Positions 1 through 11,100 of a stretch of DNA of 64,000 bases are shown in pieces. Origin of the DNA: Macrostomum lignano (taxonomy: Eukaryota); contig NIVC01000171.1 of NCBI GenBank assembly GCA_002269645.1, forward strand, positions 25,794 through 89,793, read 5' to 3'. The translations under genes and the position numbers were made by a program. The notes under the pieces are model-generated. The model saw only the letters and a list, made by a program, of their open reading frames with translations, was not told the origin of the DNA and did not search any database. Numbering within the stretch: position 1 is the stretch's first letter; each line of letters opens with the position of its first letter.

Positions 1-60
1 TTGTGGCGGAAAATGATTGAATCGTCATTGCGGTGGGCCTGCAGTGTTCAGCATAAGTAA

Positions 61-333
61 TGCCTCTCACGATACCCCAATGCCTCTCCCGATACCCCAA
101 TACCTCTCCCGATACCCCAATACCTCTCCCGATACCCCAATGCCTCTCCCGATCCCCCAATACCTCTCCCGATCCCCCAATACCTCTCCCGATCCCCCAA
201 TACCTCTCCCGATACCCCAATACCTCTCCCGATACCCCAATACCTCTCCCGATACCCCAATACCTCTCCCGATACCCCAATACCTCTCCCGATACCCCAA
301 TACCTCTCCCGATACCCCAATACCTCTCCCGAT
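61..333. repeat. 20-bp minisatellite (TACCTCTCCCGATACCCCAA)n, ~13 copies
   Basis: Exact 20-bp periodicity read directly from the sequence. The overlapping ORFs are repeat translations. Confidence 0.95.
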
Positions 334-1273
334 TACCCGATACTCCGATTTTATATGAAAATATTCCTTAAAAAACCAACTACCCGTCCAAATTAAAATG
401 TTTACAGATCCCTTGCATGAATTGGAATCCCACACAGCTATTCAATCCAAGCAATAAAAGCGTCGGATTCCATAATGCCCAGATCAGTTACCAATTTTCC
501 GATCTAAATTAATCAGCCACAACAGCTACAGGGACAATTTTAAAAGCGGCAAAAACTTCACAGAGAGAATTTCCCATCAGAGCTGTGAAAAAAACCATTA
601 TCAAAAGAGCCTTAGAAATGCCTCTCACACAGGTTTTTAGTAAAAGAGGAAAGAGCTCTTTGATGCACGATTTTGTTTAGCAGTCTCGAAAAAATCGGGA
701 CTCTGGAAACTTCCTGGCGACAGTACAGAAATTCACTTCCGCTTGGCTTGCTTCACCAGAAGAAAGGGGAGTGCTTATGGTTTCTATTGATGTTTAAAAA
801 CTAATCCTAGAGATTATATTTGTACGAGCCCATAATTACTTGATTTTGCATTAAAAAAAGACTATAAATTCCTCTGCACTACTACTTGAAGTAGGCGAGT
901 TCAGACCTGCGAGAGATCGTTATTTCCTGCTTGATCGTTTTTCGTTGTCCCCAGCTTGAAAACAGCACTACAAGCATTGTTATCGTCATTGCTTCTAATA
1001 TTTGTTAAAGTAAACGATCATGAAAACGGATAGATATTTTGTCCGATTTAAATTTAACAGGCACCACACCACAGGCTTGGCTAAGCACGAATTAAAACAA
1101 AGTCCAACTAATCCAGACATAATGCAGCTAACCAACAGATACTAACGTATTTGAAAGTCGGCAGTCGAGTGCTGTATGGCCAGAGAAAACCGAACCAATT
1201 TGACCTGACTGGCACACGTTAAGAAACTAAGATCCAGCTTACATCCAAATCAAGAAAACCGAAAACCCACACA

Positions 1274-2879
1274 ATGACTCGCTTTGACGACATCCTACCC
1301 GAGATCGGGGACCGCGGTCCCTACCAGGTCCTGCTCCTCATCCTCCTGTCCTTCGTCAAGTTCTTCGCCGCGTTCCAAACGGTCGCCGTCGTCTTCACGG
1401 CCGGCCGGATGGACTTCCAGTGCCTCGAGTCCGGCAACGAGTCGTCGAGCTCCTGGCAGCAGCAGGTGGCGTCGAACTGAACTGAACCGGCTGCCGATCG
1501 CTGCTACAGGCTCAACGGAAGCGAGGCCTGCACCGTCTGGGTGTTCAACAGCACCAGCGGACCGTTCGGGTCCAGTTGGAGGTCGCAGTTCTCGCTAGTG
1601 TGCAGCAGAGAGAAGCTGGTGAACCTGTGCAGCACGCTGTACATGCTGGGCCTGCTGATCGGCAGCACGGCCTACGGAGCTCTGTCCGATCACTGGGGCC
1701 GCCTGAGAGCCGCCTGCGCCGCCACCATCAATGTGTGGATCGCTGGCGTCGCGCTCGCTTTTAGCCCCTCCGTGGAGGTGTACGCCGCGTTGCGCCTCCT
1801 CTGCGGCCTCGGCTCCAGTGGAATCCTCAGCGTGTGCAACGCCATGGTAGCCGAGTCGGTCACGCAGCGCGACCGCTTGGCCGCCGTCCTCCTCGGAACC
1901 AACGGCTGGAACATCGCGTTCTGCGTCTGCAGCATCATTGCCTTCAGCATCCGCAGCCACTGGAAGCTCGAGCTCACGCTTGCTGGCCCCGCCATCCTGT
2001 CCATACCGCTGCTCTTGCTGCTCGGAGAGTCGCCTCGTTGGCTGCTCGCAAAAAACCGACCTGACGACGCCAACCGTGTCTGTCAGCGAATTGCCCGTAT
2101 CAACTGCCGTCGGCCTCCCGCCTGCTTCGATGAGGATGCAGCGAGTGTGCTGCACCCTCATTGACCAGCAGGGCAGCCACCCAAACGCTGGACTCATCGA
2201 TCTGCTCCGCTCGCCTACCATGCGTCTGACGACTCTGCTTCTGTGGAACAATTTCCTCGCCTCATCCATGGTCTACTACGGCCTCATCCTGTCTACCGGC
2301 ACCCTCTCCGGTAACATCTACCTCACCTTCCTGCTCGGCAGCGCCGTCGGAGTTCCAGCATCCGCCTTCTCCATCATCACCGCTCACTTCATCGGTCGAC
2401 CGCTGCTATTCAATCTCGTGTACTTTCTGTCATCAGACTGCATGTTCGCCATCGCCTTTCTGTTTGGCAATCCGAAATTCGGTACTTTAATTGTTGCTTT
2501 AGCCATCACGGGCACATTCTTTTCCACTTCATCGTTCGATACAAGCTGGGCCTACTCTGGAGAGCTGTTCCCCACCCTGTTGAGGAATGTCGGTATGGGC
2601 AGCTCCTCCACCGCTGCTCGAGTTGGCGGGATCCTCGCTCCACTTATCAACATCCTTGGCGAGGTCTGGAAGCCGTTGCCGTTTATCATCTTCGCCTCCG
2701 TCAGCCTCTTGACGGCCTTCTTGGCGCTGCTCCTGCCCGAGACGAAGGGGGCTCACCTGCCCGAGTCGCTGAAGGACGCGGATAAAGAGTACATCAAGCC
2801 GAAGGTGCAACGCTTGTTTGAGAGCAACTGCGGTGGCTTGTCGGATGCCAGAGGCATGCAGTTGGAAGTAAAAATGTAA
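1274..2879 (+). pseudogene. Intronless SLC22-family (organic cation/anion transporter-like) MFS gene with an in-frame TGA (1478-1480) and a +1 frameshift near 2130-2160
   Basis: SLC22-type N-terminus MTRFDDILPEIGDRGPYQ and loop end SQFSLVC. Also LSDHWGR, ESPRWLL, DLLRSP..YYGL, YSGELFPTLLRNVGMG..ARVGGILAP and LLLPETKG. ORFs 1274-1480 and 1541-2164 share a frame and are separated only by one TGA (ASN*TEPAADRCY). ORF 1938-2879 is shifted by +1. No intron is needed to explain the structure. Confidence 0.85.
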
Positions 2880-2954
2880 AAATATATCTGTTGAACTGGA
2901 CTCCTCTCGATTTAAATTGAACTAATTTGATTAGCTAGGCTTTGTTTTAGGTTT

Positions 2955-3276
2955 TTAGGTGAGGGGTTCACTGGAGCCGAACGGGAAGACCCGCTGCTTT
3001 GACTCGCGCAGGATGTCTGCCGTGCTTCCAATGGCCTTGAATGTTTTGAGTACATTCGGTTTGCAGCTGGTGCTGCTGTCGATTAGCAGGTCTGTGGCGT
3101 GGTCGTTGATGTCCGCTTTAACGAGCGGTAGTTGCTTACGCTGTGGCGTAAGGCAGAACACCACACAGCTGCTGTCGCTCTCGCTGTTGCTGATCAATCG
3201 GCTGCTCCTCGGCAATGGTGTGCACCTTTCTGGAGCTCGCAGATTTGGACAAGCACGCCTTCGCCGACGTTGTTGC
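2955..3276 (-). mobile_element. Possible degenerate LTR-retrotransposon gag/retropepsin remnant
   Basis: Minus-strand LPLVKADINDHATDLLIDSSTS resembles a retropepsin active-site strand (LIDSGAS/LVDTGA). Nearby frames give CNNVGEG..IC and KVHTIAEE, reminiscent of a decayed zinc knuckle and its linker. This is motif resemblance only. Confidence 0.3.
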
Positions 3277-3660
3277 AGAGAGGGTGGAGAGAGGGTTGAG
3301 AGTGGGTGGAGAGAGAGGGTGGAGAGTGGGTGGAGAGTGGGTGGAGAGAGGGTGGAGAGAGAGGTGGAGAGTGAGTGGAGAGTGAGTGGAGAGAGGCTGG
3401 AGAAAGAGGTGAAGAGAAGGTGGAGAGAGGGTGGAGATTGGGTGGAGAGTGGGTGGAGAGAGAGGGCGGAGAGAGAGGGTGAAGAGAGGGTGGAGAGAGG
3501 GTGGAGAGAGGTGGAGAGAGGGTGGAGAGAGGTTGAAGAGAGAGGGTGGAGACAGAGGGTGGAGAGAGGGTGGAGAGAGAGGGTGGAGAGAGAGGGTGGA
3601 GAGAGGGTGGAGAGAGGGTGGAGAGAGGGTGGAGAGAGAGGGTGGAGAGAGGGTGGAGAG
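3277..3660. repeat. GA-rich degenerate minisatellite, ~11-13-bp core (GGAGAGAGGGT)n
   Basis: Purine-only periodic tract seen directly. Confidence 0.9.
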
Positions 3661-4154
3661 TTGCTAGTGCAGTGGCGGCCCCAGGCCAAATCTCACCAGA
3701 CAGCAGGAGGAGCCGGAAAGCGCAGCCAGTCACGGACGCACCGTTTGAAAAAATAAATCAGTTGCTCACAGCGCGGCAGAGTTTGGGTGCAGCCGATGCC
3801 ACTACTGCATGCCTGCGCACTGCAATCGACAGCTACATGCAAGGCGCCCTACTGAAAACCGAATCAAGGCTTGGCGTTTACCATACTCAACCGTGCAGAG
3901 CTTCATTCATTGCTGATTTGCGATGTTTTGCAAGGCATGAATAATTAATTATTGTGGCTGGTTACATCAAGGAAATGAAAATAATTGTTATTTTTTAGAC
4001 TAGTTTGCAAAACTCTGGGAACTTTAAATTCTGAAAGACTAAAGTTCTTTATGGCCTCTTTATGCCTTTGTGATTCACTTCAGCATTTGCGCTCGGATTA
4101 AAACACTATTTCTGCTTAAGTGCTGCTAATTCTCGGCAGATCCCCCCATTTCTA

Positions 4155-5122
4155 CTAATCCACACACCTCTCCTAATCCCCCCACTTCTCCTAATCCACA
4201 ACACCTCTCCTAATCCCCCACTTTTCTTAGTCACATACTTCTCCTACTCTCCACACCTCTCCTAATCCCCTTACCTTTCATAATCCCCTCACCTCTCCTA
4301 ATCCCCTCACCTTTCCTAATCCCCTCACCTCTCCTAATCCCCTCACCTCTCCTAATCCCCTCACCTCTCCTAATCCCCTCACCCCTCCTAATCCCCTCAC
4401 CTCTCCTAATCCCCTCACCTCTCCTAATCCCCTCACCTCTCCTAATCCCCTCACCCCTCCTAATTCCCTCACCTTTCCTAATCCCCTCACCTTTCCTAAT
4501 CCCCTCACCTTTCCTAATCCCCTCACCTCTCCTAATCCCCTCACCTTTCCTAATCCCCTCACCTCTCCTAATGGCCCCTCACCTTTCCTATTCCCCTCAC
4601 CTCTCCTAATCCCCTCACCTTTCCTAATCCCCTCACCTCTCCTAATCCCCACACTTCTCCTAATCCCCACACCTCTCCTAATCCCCACACTTCTCCTAAT
4701 CCACACACCTCTCCTAATCCCCCCACTTCTCCTAATCCACACACCTCTCCTAATCCCCTCACCTCTCCTAATCCCCACACTTCTCCTAATCCACACACCT
4801 CTCCTAATCCCCCCACTTCTCCTAATCCACACACCTCTCCTAATCCCCCCACTTCTCCTAATCCACACACCTCTCCTAATCCCCCACTTTTCTTAATCAC
4901 ATACTTCTTCTAATCTCCACACCTCTCCTAATTCCCACACTTCTCCTAATCCCATACTTCTCCTAATCACATACTTCTCCTAATCCCCACACTTCTCCTA
5001 ATCCCATACTTCTAATCCCCACGCCTCTTCTAATTCCCATACCTCTCTTAATCCCCACACTTTTCTTAATCCTCACACTTCTTCGAATCCTCACACTTCT
5101 CCTAATCCCCACACCTCTTCCA
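4155..5122. repeat. 18-bp C/T-rich minisatellite (ACCTCTCCTAATCCCCTC)n with degenerate edges
   Basis: 18-bp period, giving 6-aa repeats (GEVRGL) in ORF 4278-4868. Confidence 0.93.
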
Positions 5123-5519
5123 ATCACGTGCAATCTGCTACTGCAATCTGCTACCTGCTACTGCTATAAAGAATCCTCACTATCTAGCTCATGTTTTTCT
5201 TCATCAGGACCCGGGCACCCCAGCTTCACCCGAACTCCAAACTGTTAAGGTGGAAGAAAAAATTAAGTCAGAAAAAGCAGCTGCAATTTTTCTCCGTAGC
5301 TAATTGCTAAATACCTGCTTCCGAATCAGACACTCGTGAATAATTAATAATCAGGTCTGTCAGTTGTCACGCTAAACCAACTGCTGGATGTTGTGGGCTC
5401 TGAAATTTCAAATCCCAGAGACGGAGGAATGAGGTGGATCAAGTTTTTATCCCATCAGCGTCCTGGGCCGAATAACAAAATCCCATGCATCCCCTATAGG
5501 TAGAGTTGTTCTCTTCGGT

Positions 5520-6590
5520 AGTTTAGTGGGGCGGATTCACCAGGATCGGTAGTTTAGGGGGGCGGATTCACCAGGATCGGTAGTTTGTAGGGGGCGGATT
5601 CACCAGGATCGGTAGTTTGTAGGGGCGGATTCACCAGGATCGGTAGTTTGTAGGGGGCGGATTCACCAGGATCGGTAGAGTTTAGGGGGTGGATTCACCA
5701 GGATCGGTAGTTTGTAGGGGGCGGATTCACCAGGATCAGTAGTTTAGGGGGCGGATTCACCAGGATCGGTAGTTTGTAGGGGCGGATTCACCAGGATCGG
5801 TAGTTTGTAGGGGGCGGATTCACCAGGATCGGTAGTTTGTAGGGGGCGGATTCACCAGGATCGGTAGTTTGGGGGGCGGATTCACCAGGATCGGTAGTTT
5901 GTAGGGGGCGGATTCACCAGGATCGGTAGTTTGTAGGGGGAGGATTCACCAGGATCGGTAGTTTAGGGGGCGGATTCACCAGGATCGGTAGTTTGTAGGG
6001 GGCGGATTCACCAGGATCGGTAGTTTGTAGGGGGCGGATTCACCAGGATCGGTAGTTTGGGGGCGGATTCACCAGGATCGGTAGTTTGTAGGGGGCGGAT
6101 TCACCAGGATCGGTAGTTTGTAGGGGAGGATTCACCAGGATCGGTAGTTTGTAGGGGGCGGATTCACCAGGATCGGTAGTTTGTAGGGGGCGAATTCAAC
6201 AGGATCGGTAGTTTGTAGGGGGCGGATTCACCAGGATCAGTAGTTTAGGGGCGGATTCACCAGGATCGGTAGTTTGTAGGGGGCGGATTCACCAGGATCG
6301 GTAGTTTGTAGGGGGCGGATTCACCAGGATCGGTAGTTTGTAGGGGGCGAATTCAACAGGATCGGTAGTTTGTAGGGGGCGGATTCACCAGGATCAGTAG
6401 TTTAGGGGCGGATTCACCAGGATCGGTAGTTTGTAGGGGGCGAATTCACCAGGATCGGTAGTTTGTAGGGGGCGGATTCACCAGGATCGGTAGTTTGTAG
6501 GGGCGGATTTATAAGAATCTGTAGTTTAGGGGGCGGATTCATCAGCGTCGATAGTTTAGGGGAGTGGATTCGTTAGGATCGGTAGTGAAG
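5520..6590. repeat. 29-32-bp minisatellite (GGATTCACCAGGATCGGTAGTTTGTAGGGGGC)n, ~34 copies
   Basis: Direct periodicity. Units vary in the TGT and G-run length, and most contain GGGGCGGA. Confidence 0.95.
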
Positions 6591-6890
6591 AGATTAAGAA
6601 AGACTAAAGAGATTAAGATTATGAGATTAAAAGATCCTCGAATTTATGAACTGAAGTGCGACTTCTCAGAAGTTTAGGAAGAATATTCAAAGAAGAGGAA
6701 TTATTGTGGATCCCGGCTCGAGTCGGAGCCGCTCTCATTGGCTAGCGGGGCTGGCGACTTCCCCTTCCCGCGAATCCCGCTCAGGCCAAACCATCCCCAC
6801 CACCCCAATCTCTGAGCATAAATTTGAGAACTGGCCCAGAAAATCTCAAGCTCCTCTCCTGCTCACTGCTTCCCTTCATCAATCAGTCTC

Positions 6891-7125
6891 ATGGACCAGT
6901 CAGACCCATTGAGTTCAAGTGCCCTCATCGCCAGAAGCTGCCAGCTGTTGATGCAGCAGCAGTTGTCAGTACCAGGAACCGCGTTATCGAGCTCTTCGAG
7001 TGTTGCAGACTCTGCTTCCAGTTCTGCCGCGGCACTCCTGGAAGAAAATCTGCGCTTCTATCAGCAAGTTGCCGCCGCGGCTGCCTGGTGGCGCCACCAG
7101 CTGCAGCTCGCCGGCGCCGCGATTG
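6891..7125 (+). CDS. scrt: scratch exon 1 (putative first coding exon; Ser/Ala/Gln-rich N-terminus)
   Basis: ATG at 6891 opens a GC-rich frame (MDQSDPLSSSAL...WWRHQLQLAGAAI) ending at a strong donor G|GTGAGT (7126). Its phase 1 matches the acceptor at 23785, giving a GGC codon. The link to exon 2 is inferred from phase and proximity. Confidence 0.65.
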
Positions 7126-8110
7126 GTGAGTTTCTTAGAAAATACGACCGGTTTCTTAGAAATTCGTTTGGAAATAAATCATTTTTCTTCAAAAGCCAAG
7201 TCGACTTCTGGGCAAAAATGTTTTTGACATTTCGTTTCTTGGAAAAATCAGTATTTTTTCTTAGAAAAGTTAGCAGGATTTTAAATATTCTTTCTTAGAA
7301 TTCTGATCTTTAAAAATGTGTTTTCTGTCTCTCGTTTCTCGGAAAGTTTTCTGCTTCTTATCTGTTTCCTAAGTCGATTGTTATCCATAAATCTCTTGGA
7401 AAATAAATTCAGATTTGAATTGTTCACTTTTAAGAATTTTGTCAATTTCTTAAAGTAAACCAAATAGTTTGTCTCTTCAATCTGTGTGGGACATGACAAA
7501 GGAGCAAAGTTTACGCACGAATAACGATTCGAGCAAGAAGCTTTTTGTTAGAGAGGGAAGACACAAAAATAATTAACTCCAAGGACTGCTGTAGGACGAA
7601 CCTCTCCCTCGATGTCTCATGTACCAAATAGCAACAGATTTGAAAAAAATAATTTTTTAAACCAAGCTTTATTTAAAACCATCAGAGCAGAACTTGTGCT
7701 CAAGATGGGTGAAGAGATGCCGAGAACAGGGAGGGTTTCACAGACAGCAGCGTGTGGAGGGAGCCAGATGTCACTTTTGTATCCTTATGCCCGCTCAGAG
7801 TCATGTTTTATTATTAGGCATCTCCAATGCTATCATTTGGTGTCATTTTTTTCTCTCCAAAGAAGAAACAATCCTTTGTTCGCTGATGCGAACTCGATGA
7901 CAGGGGGGGGGGGAGAAGGGACAGAGAAAGGCAGCCTGACTGTTGCTTGCAGCTGTTCAGTTCTGTAGCAATCAGCTTAGCAACTATATAAGATTTCATT
8001 ATTTCTACCGCCCATGAACAAAGCTATATTTGCACTGATATATATTCAATGCATTGGCTGGAATTGATACCGATAGGTTTATAAAGATCATCCTTAGCAC
8101 TGTGCTGGGT

Positions 8111-11100
8111 GGCGCTTCTGTTCTGAGTGAATGGCGCTTCTGTTCTGGGTGAATGGCGCTTCTGTTCTGGGTGAATGGCGCTTCTGTTCTGGTGAATGGC
8201 GCTTCTGTTCTGGTGAATGGCGCTTCTGTTCTGGTGAATGGCGCTTCTGTTCTGGGTGAATGGCGCTTCTGTTCTGTGAATGGCGCTTCTGTTCTGGTGA
8301 ATGGCGCTTCTGTTCTGGGTGAATGGCGCTTCTGTTCTGGTGAATGGCGCTTCTGTTCTGGTGAATGGCGCTTCTGTTCTGGGTGAATGGCGCTTCTGTT
8401 CTGGGTGAATGGCGCTTCTGTTCTGGTGAATGGCGCTTCTGTTCTGGGTGAATGGCGCTTCTGTTCTGGTGAATGGCGCTTCTGTTCTGGGTGAATGGCG
8501 CTTCTGTTCTGGGTGAATGGCGCTTCTGTTCTGGGTGAATGGCGCTTCTGTTCTGGGTGAATGGCGCTTCTGTTCTGGGTGAATGGCGCTTCTGTTCTGG
8601 GTGAATGGCGCTTCTGTTCTGGGTGAATGGCGCTTCTGTTCTGGGTGAATGGCGCTTCTGTTCTGGGTGAATGGCGCTTCTGTTCTGGGTGAATGGCGCT
8701 TCTGTTCTGGGTGAATGGCGCTTCTGTTCTGGGTGAATGGCGCTTCTGTTCTGGGTGAATGGCGCTTCTGTTCTGGGTGAATGGCGCTTCTGTTCTGGGT
8801 GAATGGCGCTTCTGTTCTGGGTGAATGGCGCTTCTGTTCTGGGTGAATGGCGCTTCTGTTCTGGGTGAATGGCGCTTCTGTTCTGGGTGAATGGCGCTTC
8901 TGTTCTGGGTGAATGGCGCTTCTGTTCTGAGTGAATGGCGCTTCTGTTCTGGGTGAATGGCGCTTCTGTTCTGGTGAATGGCGCTTCTGTTCTGGTGAAT
9001 GGCGCTTCTGTTCTGGGTGAATGGCGCTTCTGTTCTGGGTGAATGGCGCTTCTGTTCTGAGTGAATGGCGCTTCTGTTCTGGGTGAATGGCGCTTCTGTT
9101 CTGGGTGAATGGCGCTTCTGTTCTGGGTGAATGGCGCTTCTGTTCTGGTGAATGGCGCTTCTGTTCTGGGTGAATGGCGCTTCTGTTCTGGTGAATGGCG
9201 CTTCTGTTCTGGGTGAATGGCGCTTCTGTTCTGGGTGAATGGCGCTTCTGTTCTGGGTGAATGGCGCTTCTGTTCTGGGTGAATGGCGCTTCTGTTCTGG
9301 GTGAATGGCGCTTCTGTTCTGGGTGAATGGCGCTTCTGTTCTGGGTGAATGGCGCTTCTGTTCTGGGTGAATGGCGCTTCTGTTCTGGGTGAATGGCGCT
9401 TCTGTTCTGGGTGAATGGCGCTTCTGTTCTGGGTGAATGGCGCTTCTGTTCTGGGTGAATGGCGCTTCTGTTCTGGGTGAATGGCGCTTCTGTTCTTCTG
9501 GGTGAATGGCGCTTCTGTTCTGGGTGAATGGCGCTTCTGTTCTGGGTGAATGGCGCTTCTGTTCTGGTGAATGGCGCTTCTGTTCTGGGTGAATGGCGCT
9601 TCTGTTCTGGTGAATGGCGCTTCTGTTCTGGTGAATGGCGCTTCTGTTCTGGTGAATGGCGCTTCTGTTCTGGTGAATGGCGCTTCTGTTCTGGTGAATG
9701 GCGCTTCTGTTCTGGTGAATGGCGCTTCTGTTCTGGTGAATGGCGCTTCTGTTCTGGGTGAATGGCGCTTCTGTTCTGGTGAATGGCGCTTCTGTTCTGG
9801 GTGAATGGCGCTTCTGTTCTGGGTGAATGGCGCTTCTGTTCTGGTGAATGGCGCTTCTGTTCTGGGTGAATGGCGCTTCTGTTCTGGGTGAATGGCGCTT
9901 CTGTTCTGGTGAATGGCGCTTCTGTTCTGGGTGAATGGCGCTTCTGTTCTGGGTGAATGGCGCTTCTGTTCTGGGTGAATGGCGCTTCTGTTCTGGGTGA
10001 ATGGCGCTTCTGTTCTGGTGAATGGCGCTTCTGTTCTGGTGAATGGCGCTTCTGTTCTGGGTGAATGGCGCTTCTGTTCTGAGTGAATGGCGCTTCTGTT
10101 CTGGTGAATGGCGCTTCTGTTCTGGGTGAATGGCGCTTCTGTTCTGAGTGAATGGCGCTTCTGTTCTGGGTGAATGGCGCTTCTGTTCTGGTGAATGGCG
10201 CTTCTGTTCTGGGTGAATGGCGCTTCTGTTCTGGTGAATGGCGCTTCTGTTCTGGTGAATGGCGCTTCTGTTCTGGTGAATGGCGCTTCTGTTCTGGGTG
10301 AATGGCGCTTCTGTTCTGGGTGAATGGCGCTTCTGTTCTGGGTGAATGGCGCTTCTGTTCTGGGTGAATGGCGCTTCTGTTCTGGGTGAATGGCGCTTCT
10401 GTTCTGGGTGAATGGCGCTTCTGTTCTGGGTGAATGGCGCTTCTGTTCTGGGTGAATGGCGCTTCTGTTCTGGGTGAATGGCGCTTCTGTTCTGGGTGAA
10501 TGGCGCTTCTGTTCTGGGTGAATGGCGCTTCTGTTCTGGGTGAATGGCGCTTCTGTTCTGGGTGAATGGCGCTTCTGTTCTGGGTGAATGGCGCTTCTGT
10601 TCTGGGTGAATGGCGCTTCTGTTCTGGGTGAATGGCGCTTCTGTTCTGGGTGAATGGCGCTTCTGTTCTGGGTGAATGGCGCTTCTGTTCTGGGTGAATG
10701 GCGCTTCTGTTCTGGTGAATGGCGCTTCTGTTCTGGTGAATGGCGCTTCTGTTCTGGTGAATGGCGCTTCTGTTCTGGGTGAATGGCGCTTCTGTTCTGG
10801 TGAATGGCGCTTCTGTTCTGGGTGAATGGCGCTTCTGTTCTGGTGAATGGCGCTTCTGTTCTGGGTGAATGGCGCTTCTGTTCTGGGTGAATGGCGCTTC
10901 TGTTCTGGGTGAATGGCGCTTCTGTTCTGGGTGAATGGCGCTTCTGTTCTGGGTGAATGGCGCTTCTGTTCTGGTGAATGGCGCTTCTGTTCTGGGTGAA
11001 TGGCGCTTCTGTTCTGGTGAATGGCGCTTCTGTTCTGGGTGAATGGCGCTTCTGTTCTGGGTGAATGGCGCTTCTGTTCTGGGTGAATGGCGCTTCTGTT

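Noticed and set aside
4155-5122. ATTAGG within the minus-strand unit as a telomere-like repeat
   Set aside because: It is a single embedded motif per 18-bp unit, not a tandem TTAGG or TTAGGG tract.
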